Assembly: GCA_037129835.1 (NCBI GenBank)
Contig: JBAXUE010000001.1
Coordinates: 90,085-154,084, forward strand
Length of the DNA stretch: 64,000 bases
Source: a bacterium
GTDB lineage: Bacteria > Patescibacteriota > CPR2 > UBA1875 > CAIMLA01
Direction of reading: 5' to 3'
Below the pieces are notes generated by a model. The model did not search any database. It was given only the letters and a program-made list of their open reading frames with translations, and was not told the origin of the DNA. Shown here in pieces: positions 56,728 to 64,000 of the stretch. Position numbers and translations under genes: made by a program. Numbering within the stretch: the stretch's first letter is position 1; every line of letters begins with the position of its first letter.

Positions 56728-58017
56728 ATGAGAATCACAGAACTAAACGCAATCCAAATACTAGACTCCCGAGGGAATCCAACACTTAAAGTTTTAGCTT
56801 GGGTGGATGGTATAAGCGGAGAATTTTCTGTTCCGAGCGGTGCATCTACGGGTAGTCACGAAGCACTTGAATTACGTGATGGCGGTTCAGCTTTTGATGG
56901 ACAAGGTGTCAAAAAAGCAATTGAAAATATCAAGGGTCCTATTAGTGATCTTATTGTTGGACAAGACCCCTTTGATTTACGTGCAATAGACAATATGATG
57001 AATAGACTAGATGGTACTGACAATAAAGCCGTTTTGGGTGCAAACGCAATTTTGGGTGTTTCGGGGGCTGTTACAGTTGCCTCGGCGAATGCGTTAAAGA
57101 TCCCCTTATTCCAATATATTCGCGATATTTATGAAAATGATGGACATTGGCAGTCAGATTTAAATATCAAGGTAGATGATTATATAATGCCTAAAATGTA
57201 TTTTAATATTTTAAATGGCGGTAAGCACGCCGAGAACAACGTTGATATTCAAGAGACTATGATAGTTCCACAAAAAAAGACCATAGCTGAAAATATAAAA
57301 ATCGCTTCTGAGATATATCATTCTTTAAAAAAGGTGTTAATTAGTAAAAATATGTCTGTTGGCCTTGGTGATGAAGGTGGATTTGCTCCAAATCTGGAGT
57401 CAAATACTAAGGTTTTCGAAGTTGTGCTCGAGGCAATAGAAAAAGCAGGCTATGTTTCTGGAAAAGACGTTGCAATCGCAATAGATGTTGCTGCCACAGA
57501 AATTTTTTCTCATGACAAAGATGATAAATATATACTTGGAAGTGAGGGCGTAGGCTTAAATTCACAGCAACTTGTCAGTTGGTATAAAGAATTAGCAACG
57601 ACTTATCCGATTATATCTATAGAAGATGGACTTTCTGAAGATGATTGGGACGGTTGGAAGCATATGACGGAAAGGATTGGAGATAAAATACAGTTAGTCG
57701 GAGACGATCTTTTTGTAACGAACCCAGTCAGAATAAAAAAGGGAATCGATGAGGGCGCAGGGACGGCAGTGTTAATTAAAATTAATCAGATCGGTACCAT
57801 AACCGAGACTTTAGATGCGATCCATCTAGCTTTGAAAAATAAAATGAAATGTATGGTTTCTCACCGGAGCGGCGAAACAACTGATTCTTTTATTGCTGAT
57901 CTGGTTGTGGGGACCGGTGTTGGGCAGATTAAGTCAGGGGCACCTGCTCGTGGTGAAAGGACAGCGAAGTATAATCGACTTTTAGAGATCGAGGAATATT
58001 TAATTAATAATAAATAA
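56728..58017 (+). CDS. eno: enolase
   Basis: ILDSRGNPT, SHRSGETED-like motif (SHRSGETTD). Confidence 0.9.
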   Translation: MRITELNAIQILDSRGNPTLKVLAWVDGISGEFSVPSGASTGSHEALELRDGGSAFDGQGVKKAIENIKGPISDLIVGQDPFDLRAIDNMMNRLDGTDNKAVLGANAILGVSGAVTVASANALKIPLFQYIRDIYENDGHWQSDLNIKVDDYIMPKMYFNILNGGKHAENNVDIQETMIVPQKKTIAENIKIASEIYHSLKKVLISKNMSVGLGDEGGFAPNLESNTKVFEVVLEAIEKAGYVSGKDVAIAIDVAATEIFSHDKDDKYILGSEGVGLNSQQLVSWYKELATTYPIISIEDGLSEDDWDGWKHMTERIGDKIQLVGDDLFVTNPVRIKKGIDEGAGTAVLIKINQIGTITETLDAIHLALKNKMKCMVSHRSGETTDSFIADLVVGTGVGQIKSGAPARGERTAKYNRLLEIEEYLINNK

Positions 58018-58033
58018 ACACAGGAAATCTGGT

Positions 58034-58849
58034 ATGGTAACGGCACAAAAAAAAGTAAAAACAAGAAGTAAACCCGTATCGACGACAGAAACGACTTCAA
58101 AAGAAAGTGGTCAAATACGCTCATTTAGTGTTTTATTAAGCGGTTCTTGGCAGATTTTCAAGCGCTCTTTTGTAAATTATCTTTTACTGCTACTAGTAGC
58201 AGTGGGTCTAGTGGGAACAATTATCATTATAACTTTTTCTTTCACATTTTTTCCTAATTTTAACTCCATGACTACAAATTTGTTTTCTACTCCTGTCGGA
58301 TTAATTCTTATAATTTTTTTAATTTTTTTGTATTACGTAGTCGCTTTGTTTATACCTATCTTTTTCGAATTAGCCATAAAACACATTATTATAACAACAG
58401 GTGAGGGCGAACCAACTGATTTCCGATTATCTCTTAAATATAGTTATAGAAATTTAGGATCATTTTTCTCGGTTTCATTAGTTTCAGGGATTTTATCAAT
58501 AATGGGGTATTATTTGCTAATTATTCCTGGTGTTATCATTTCTATAATTTTAAGTCAGGTGGCTAACGTCTTTGTTCTAGAAAATAGAAATGGACTGAGT
58601 CTGGGGACACTTGATAAAAGTTGCGAGATAACAAAAGGCTATCGTTGGATTGTTTTGGGTAGATATATTTTACTGTATGTATTTTTGTTAAGTCCTTTAT
58701 TAATATCAGCCTTACTTACCCTAGTATCACCGGTAATGACTATAATTTTTTTCGTGGTATTTGTCTGCACAATTATTTCGTTTTCACCCATTACGACTGC
58801 CTTCAACTATCTTATTTATAAAGATCTCGTTAAGATTCAGTCTAATTAA
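58034..58849 (+). CDS. polytopic membrane protein (DUF-type)
   Basis: Multiple TM helices. Confidence 0.4.
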   Translation: MVTAQKKVKTRSKPVSTTETTSKESGQIRSFSVLLSGSWQIFKRSFVNYLLLLLVAVGLVGTIIIITFSFTFFPNFNSMTTNLFSTPVGLILIIFLIFLYYVVALFIPIFFELAIKHIIITTGEGEPTDFRLSLKYSYRNLGSFFSVSLVSGILSIMGYYLLIIPGVIISIILSQVANVFVLENRNGLSLGTLDKSCEITKGYRWIVLGRYILLYVFLLSPLLISALLTLVSPVMTIIFFVVFVCTIISFSPITTAFNYLIYKDLVKIQSN

Positions 58850-58887
58850 TTCACAATTAAAATATTCAAGCTGAAATATTTTATAAA

Positions 58888-60423
58888 TTGGGCTATAATA
58901 GTTCTATGAAAAGGAGGGTATTGCTAGTAATTCTTGATGGCTGGGGTTTGGCTCCGGCCGGCTCAGGCAATGCAATAAGTTTGGCGAGAACGCCAAACTT
59001 TGAGTATTACTGGTCCAATTTTTTGCATACAAAATTATCTGCCTCAGGAGAGGCAGTCGGTTTGCCAGTTGGGCAAATGGGAAATTCTGAGGTTGGGCAC
59101 TTGAATATTGGTTCAGGAAGAGCGGTTTTACAAGATTTACCTCGTATTACTAAAAGTATTAAAGACGGCGATTTTTTTCATAATAAGTCACTGTTGGGTG
59201 CTTTTGCAAGCGCTAAAGCAGCGGGGAGCTCTCTCCATTTGCTGGGTTTGGTAAGTCCTGGTGGTGTACATTCTCACCAGGAACATCTATATGCCTTATT
59301 GGAAATGGCAAAACAAGAGAAAGTTCACAATGTTTTTGTCCATGTATTTACTGACGGTCGTGACGTTAAGCCAAAGTCAGCATTGAAATATGTACAAAAT
59401 TTAGAAAAAACAATGAAAGACATTGGAGTGGGCACCATCGCAACTGTTTCTGGGCGATATTATTCTATGGACAGAGACAATAGGTGGAACCGTATTCAGT
59501 CTGCTTATGACGCAATAGTTTCGTGCCAGGGCGAGTTAGCAGATTCTGCAGAAGAAGCAATAGAGAGGAGTTATAAAGTGGGTATCACTGATGAATTTAT
59601 CAGACCTACGATTATTGACAAGGAAGGAACAATAAAAAACGGTGATAGTGTTATTTTTTTCAATTTTAGGTCAGATAGACCCAGAGAGCTTTGCCATGCA
59701 CTCCTGGATACGAAATTTAAGAGCTTTATCCCACATCAGCAACTTAAAAATTTATATTTTGTAACAATGGCGGATTATGACCCTTCTATACCAGTTAGCG
59801 CCGTGGCCTTTCCCTCTGTTGATGTCTCTAACACTTTGAGTGAAACAATTTCTCAATATGGTTTAGAACAATTTCATATTGCAGAAACCGAAAAATATGC
59901 ACATGTTACATTTTATTTTAACGGTGGCAAAGAAAAGCCGGTAGTCGGAGAAGAAAGATTGCTTGTTCCTTCTCCTCAAGTTTCTACTTATGATCTTAGG
60001 CCTAAAATGAGCATTGGCAAAGTAGAAGAAGAGCTTTTACAGAGGATTGGATCATACGATTTTATAGTAGTTAATTTTGCCAATCCGGATATGGTTGGGC
60101 ATACGGGTAAATTGAAACCCGCTATTGAGGCCTGTGAGTACGTTGATGAAGCGTTAGGGCGCGTGGTCCGGGCAGCACAAAAAGAAGATTATACGATTTT
60201 AGTGACGGCAGACCATGGCAACATAGAAAAAATGTTGAACAGTGACGGGACCCCCAATACGGCTCACACCACAGACAAAGTTCCTTTTATTTTAATAACT
60301 CAAGATGATTGCATAATAAAGAAAGTTGTTGAACCGAAGCTATCGAATATCGCTCCAACCATACTTTCTATTATGGGCTTACCAAAACCAAAGGAAATGA
60401 GCGCGAGCTTATTAGTGGAGTAA
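58888..60423 (+). CDS. gpmI: 2,3-bisphosphoglycerate-independent phosphoglycerate mutase
   Basis: LVILDGWG N-terminus, ADHGN metal site. Confidence 0.9.
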   Translation: MGYNSSMKRRVLLVILDGWGLAPAGSGNAISLARTPNFEYYWSNFLHTKLSASGEAVGLPVGQMGNSEVGHLNIGSGRAVLQDLPRITKSIKDGDFFHNKSLLGAFASAKAAGSSLHLLGLVSPGGVHSHQEHLYALLEMAKQEKVHNVFVHVFTDGRDVKPKSALKYVQNLEKTMKDIGVGTIATVSGRYYSMDRDNRWNRIQSAYDAIVSCQGELADSAEEAIERSYKVGITDEFIRPTIIDKEGTIKNGDSVIFFNFRSDRPRELCHALLDTKFKSFIPHQQLKNLYFVTMADYDPSIPVSAVAFPSVDVSNTLSETISQYGLEQFHIAETEKYAHVTFYFNGGKEKPVVGEERLLVPSPQVSTYDLRPKMSIGKVEEELLQRIGSYDFIVVNFANPDMVGHTGKLKPAIEACEYVDEALGRVVRAAQKEDYTILVTADHGNIEKMLNSDGTPNTAHTTDKVPFILITQDDCIIKKVVEPKLSNIAPTILSIMGLPKPKEMSASLLVE

Positions 60424-60425
60424 AT

Positions 60426-61406
60426 ATGTTTGATATTGTTACAATCGGTGGAGCTTCAAGGGATGTTTTTTTTATGACTGACAAGGGAAGAGTAATAAAT
60501 GACTTAGTTCACCATCAGAAAATTCTCGGCTTTGAGCATGGATCAAAAGTAATCCCAAATGATAGTAAATTTACATATGGCGGCGGTGGCTTAAATGCCG
60601 CAGTTAGTTTTGTGAAACTTGGTCTAAGTGTTTCGACCCTTCTTAATATTGGTAGTGAGGGGAGTGGTAGCCTTATTATTAACAGTCTTCATAGCTATGG
60701 AGTAGATATTGAGCACGTCAATCGAGATTATGTTAACCATACGGCTATGTCTATAATCATCAGTATCCCCGGTGAAGACCATATTATGTTCTTATATCGT
60801 GGGGCCAATGATTTTCTTAAAGTTCACGATTGGAGACCCTTACGAGCTAAATGGTTTTATGTCGCATCTCTTACCGGTGATTCGGCGGATCTCTTGCCTG
60901 AGATTTTTACATTTGCAAGATCCCAAGGTATAAAAGTGGCTTGGAACCCGGGAAGCGAACAGCTTGCAGGCGGGTATTCAGATTTGAGCAGTTTTTTAGA
61001 GGAGACTGCAATTCTTTCTTTGAACCGTTCAGAAGCCGAAGAATTGGTCCGTAGTAGGAAAAGAATTAAGCTCGGTGATGAAAAGTTATTACTTCGTGAA
61101 TTGTATAATATGACAAAAGGCTTAGTTGTAATCACTGATGGTAAAAATGGTAGTTATGCGACTGATGGAGAAAAAGAATATTATATGCCTGCTAGTACGT
61201 ATCATAAAGTATTGGAAACAACTGGAGCTGGAGACGCATTTGGTTCAACTTTTGTGGCTATGAAATTATTGGGCTATGGGACAAAGCATTCCATGAAAGC
61301 GGCGGCTTTTAATGCAGGAAGTGTTATCGAGCACATAGGAGCACAGGATGGGCTAATGACTTTTAACGAATTAAGCGCTAAAATAGAGTCTAAGAACAAT
61401 GGATAA
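60426..61406 (+). CDS. PfkB-family carbohydrate/nucleoside kinase (ribokinase-like)
   Basis: TTGAGDAFGSTF anion-hole motif, GG dipeptide. Confidence 0.7.
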   Translation: MFDIVTIGGASRDVFFMTDKGRVINDLVHHQKILGFEHGSKVIPNDSKFTYGGGGLNAAVSFVKLGLSVSTLLNIGSEGSGSLIINSLHSYGVDIEHVNRDYVNHTAMSIIISIPGEDHIMFLYRGANDFLKVHDWRPLRAKWFYVASLTGDSADLLPEIFTFARSQGIKVAWNPGSEQLAGGYSDLSSFLEETAILSLNRSEAEELVRSRKRIKLGDEKLLLRELYNMTKGLVVITDGKNGSYATDGEKEYYMPASTYHKVLETTGAGDAFGSTFVAMKLLGYGTKHSMKAAAFNAGSVIEHIGAQDGLMTFNELSAKIESKNNG

Positions 61407-61435
61407 ATATATATTAATTTTCGCGATGAGGAAAG

Positions 61436-61909
61436 ATGGATAAACAGCAAACAATTATCACAATCACAATTATGGTCATAGTTGTTATTTTATCGTTTGT
61501 TGGTTCATATTTTGCTGCAAATATGGGCTATCAAACTAAAGTAGACGAGTTGACGAAAGCAAGGGATAAAAAAGCTCAAGAAAACATAGCCATTGTTGCT
61601 AAACAGGATACAAATCTATTCGTACCTATCGATTTGGTGAAAACATTTATGTCTGAAGTAAAGGCGAACAACGATGGAAACGCAAGACTATATTTGTCGG
61701 CTAAAGTCCAAAATATGGATATTAAAAATACTCTTAAGCTTGGTGATGATTTAAATAACCTGATTTTCGGGACACCAACAGAAACCCCAAATGGCGAGGG
61801 CTATAAAGTGTCGATGGATTTTGTAGTTGGAACAGATGGTGCCAAAAGAGCCTTTGTTCTAATCAAAGAAGGCGGACTGTGGAAAATAAGTGAGATTATT
61901 GCTGAATAA
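61436..61909 (+). CDS. membrane-anchored hypothetical protein
   Basis: N-terminal TM; ORF track. Confidence 0.4.
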   Translation: MDKQQTIITITIMVIVVILSFVGSYFAANMGYQTKVDELTKARDKKAQENIAIVAKQDTNLFVPIDLVKTFMSEVKANNDGNARLYLSAKVQNMDIKNTLKLGDDLNNLIFGTPTETPNGEGYKVSMDFVVGTDGAKRAFVLIKEGGLWKISEIIAE

Positions 61910-62737
61910 ATGGGCAAGAGGCGATATTATGGTAATAAAAATTCTTTTTCTGCGACGCAGAAAAAGAATTTCATGTTTTTTTTAGTAATTATATTTTCAT
62001 TATTTGTCATTATTTATAGCGTTTACTATTTTATGGCCCAGAAGCCTGGTAGCGGACAAAAAATAGTCAGCAAGATTCAAACAGGCGATCAACCGTTAAC
62101 AAAAGAATTAGTAGTTTTTATCAATGCAGACGGTGGACTTAGCTTACGGAATGATCGTAGTACTACTTCTAAGAGACTTGCTCTAATCCCGAATGGTACT
62201 AAACTAACAATTACGCAAGAGTTGGATGGTTGGTACAAAGTATTATATGAAAGTAAAGAAGGATGGATTTCAAAACAATATACAACCACAAATGCACCAC
62301 CGGAGGATCCAACCAAAGATTGGCAAATATACAGTTCTGCTTCAGGTTACAAAATCAAATATCAGCCAGGCTGGAAAGCCCAAGATTACGGCAATAATGA
62401 GTCCTTGGCAACCACCTCAATAGTTGCTTTTAGCAACCAGGATCTGCCATCTACAATTCCCGCTGGAAGTGATTTTATAGCCCCTATAATTGTTAAAATA
62501 TTGACAAAAAATATTGATGATATTACAAAAGAATATACTTCTATGTCTGGAGTTCAAATTGAAGCAATCACGGTTGCTGGTAAACCCGGGCAAAAGTACA
62601 CATATATGATGCTTAGTACAAACACGCAGGTGACAGCAGTAATCTTAAATACAGGTCCCCAGGTTTTTATTCTTTCTGAGGCGGGCGGTTATGGAGACGA
62701 TTTGCTTAAAATGTTAAACACACTTACAATAGGATAA
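61910..62737 (+). CDS. membrane-anchored SH3b-domain protein
   Basis: LALIPNGTKLTITQELDGWYKVLYESKEGWISKQY bacterial SH3 pattern. Confidence 0.5.
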   Translation: MGKRRYYGNKNSFSATQKKNFMFFLVIIFSLFVIIYSVYYFMAQKPGSGQKIVSKIQTGDQPLTKELVVFINADGGLSLRNDRSTTSKRLALIPNGTKLTITQELDGWYKVLYESKEGWISKQYTTTNAPPEDPTKDWQIYSSASGYKIKYQPGWKAQDYGNNESLATTSIVAFSNQDLPSTIPAGSDFIAPIIVKILTKNIDDITKEYTSMSGVQIEAITVAGKPGQKYTYMMLSTNTQVTAVILNTGPQVFILSEAGGYGDDLLKMLNTLTIG

Positions 62738-62747
62738 AAGAGGGAAA

Positions 62748-63680
62748 ATGGCAGACACTATCGATTCAGCAGGCAGTTTAGGCACAAGTGCTGACCAACC
62801 AGTAGTGGGTGGTCTTTCTTCTCAACCCTCTCAACCTATGCAGGATATTGATTTAACGAAATCTACTACACCCACTCCGGTATCGGTATCGACTGAATCA
62901 TCTCAAGTGCCACAACCTGTACAGCCGGTGGTAACGACAGAAACTCCTGCACCGGTCGATAGATTCTATGATGGCTTTTCTCCTTCTGGCGCCGTAAAAA
63001 TTAATTTAGCTTCAGGTGTTTCTTCTGGACCGGAAGTTTTATTGCCGCCAAAAGAAGACCCGCAAATAGAAACAACGATTACGGCTAATGAAAGTGATCC
63101 TCTTGATAGCCTTAATAACTCAGGCATTGAACAAAATCTTCCTAGTATAGAAACCCCCACTACTGGCTTTGAGACAACGCCTGCTACAGACAAGCCTATT
63201 TCTCAGCTTGCTTCTTCGGGTGTACAGAGCGTTCCTAGTTCTAGACTTCCACAAAGCAGCGGATTTAATAATATGCCAATAAGTGTTGGTGTAGACTCTA
63301 TTGCACCACAGCTACCGCCAACGCCTTATGATAATCAAGGTGTTGTCGACGTTTCGAATCCAATTAATCTCCGTGGACTTTTGGTTATAGTCGCTATAGG
63401 TGCGGGAATAGCTTTACTCGGTAGCGCAATAATCTATTTTACAATCAGCTATTTTAATGATGCTAACTTAAAAAAGCTGATTGATGAGTTAGCAAACGAG
63501 AATAGCAATAATGAGAGATTGATAAAACCACCATCGCCACTTGTCAACCCAAATGTAACGCCAACGCCAACACCAGAACCAACGCCAACGCCAGAACCGA
63601 CGGCTACACCAGAACCAACGCCAACGCCAAATATTATTATAGTGGACCCCGCAAAAATAACTGGTGATGGTACGGGTTAG
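62748..63680 (+). CDS. Pro/Thr/Ser-rich surface protein with C-terminal TM and (TPTPEP)n tail
   Basis: Low-complexity; 18-bp tandem DNA repeats 63560-63640. Confidence 0.4.
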   Translation: MADTIDSAGSLGTSADQPVVGGLSSQPSQPMQDIDLTKSTTPTPVSVSTESSQVPQPVQPVVTTETPAPVDRFYDGFSPSGAVKINLASGVSSGPEVLLPPKEDPQIETTITANESDPLDSLNNSGIEQNLPSIETPTTGFETTPATDKPISQLASSGVQSVPSSRLPQSSGFNNMPISVGVDSIAPQLPPTPYDNQGVVDVSNPINLRGLLVIVAIGAGIALLGSAIIYFTISYFNDANLKKLIDELANENSNNERLIKPPSPLVNPNVTPTPTPEPTPTPEPTATPEPTPTPNIIIVDPAKITGDGTG

Positions 63681-63696
63681 AAATAATGGAGGGATT

Positions 63697-64000
63697 TTGA
63701 AAGATATATTACAGCCCAAATCAGTAGCAATTATTGGAGCGTCTTCTCATCCTGAGAAGATCGGTTTTTCAGTATTAAAAAATATTATCGACGGGGGTTT
63801 TCAAGGAAGAATTATTCCTATTAATCCTGCTTCTGATAATATTTTAGGTCTCAATTGTCTGCCTAGTGTCTCTGAGATCCGGGGAGTTTGCGATCTTGCC
63901 GTTATTGTAGTCCCGGCAAAAATTGTGCCTGAAGTTTTGACCGAATGCGGTAAGAAACGAATAAGAACAGCAATAATTATTTCTGCGGGCTTTGCGGAGG
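63697..64000 (+). CDS. CoA-binding-domain protein (ADP-forming acyl-CoA synthetase alpha-like), partial at window end
   Basis: TTG start after SD GGAGGG; SVAIIGASSHPEKIGF...RIIPINP CoA-binding Rossmann. Confidence 0.55.
   Translation, partial: MKDILQPKSVAIIGASSHPEKIGFSVLKNIIDGGFQGRIIPINPASDNILGLNCLPSVSEIRGVCDLAVIVVPAKIVPEVLTECGKKRIRTAIIISAGFAE

Noticed and set aside
1-64000. CRISPR arrays, transposases, integrases, restriction-modification genes
   Set aside because: None found: no regularly spaced direct repeats, no DDE/tyrosine-recombinase motifs, and no endonuclease partner beside the methyltransferases (which look like small-molecule/RNA MTases).

Overview
This 64-kb window comes from an AT-rich bacterial chromosome with compact, mostly plus-strand operons. 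A Patescibacteria/CPR-like or Firmicutes-like origin is an inference from gene content: rny–ymdB synteny, a sortase, an LTD-domain surface protein, many small membrane proteins and CCA-encoded tRNAs. Housekeeping content:
- tsaE/tsaB, RNase Y (rny)–YmdB, HU, and two tRNA clusters (Gly-Arg-His on +; Arg-Lys on -, with a duplicated tRNA-Lys 3' fragment), plus tRNA-Pro and tRNA-Glu
- dgkA/PAP2 lipid genes, two ABC-2 transporter sets, a heterodimeric ABC exporter behind an AbrB-like gene, a MacB/FtsX pair and a sortase
- thioredoxin, a CheY-like receiver, polysaccharide deacetylase and acyl-CoA synthetase
- a lower-glycolysis cluster (gap, pgk, tpiA, fba, ppsA, eno, gpmI, pfkB-family kinase) interleaved with membrane/pseudopilin-like proteins

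The most unusual content is a roughly 10-kb accessory island (about 33.0–42.9 kb). It opens with an excisionase-type HTH plus Doc/Fic toxin pair under a GTTAAC-repeat operator. It continues with nucleotide-processing genes: a Cys-motif (CX9CX2C) protein, a PRTase-domain protein, a CYTH protein, a dNMP-kinase-like protein, an Rnk/GreA-like protein, an N-deoxyribosyltransferase/DNPH1-like protein, an APH–GrpB fusion and an HD hydrolase. It ends with two SAM methyltransferases and an N-acyltransferase, followed by a multi-TM GAF histidine kinase.

Three visibly GC-rich patches interrupt the AT-rich background:
- 3.6–4.25 kb: three translationally coupled mini-ORFs plus a terminator
- 26.48–27.06 kb: a perfect sigma70 promoter driving a highly structured, non-coding-looking ~540-nt transcript that ends in a terminator
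- 36.8–38.06 kb: a two-gene kinase/Rnk cassette

No CRISPR array, transposase or integrase was seen.
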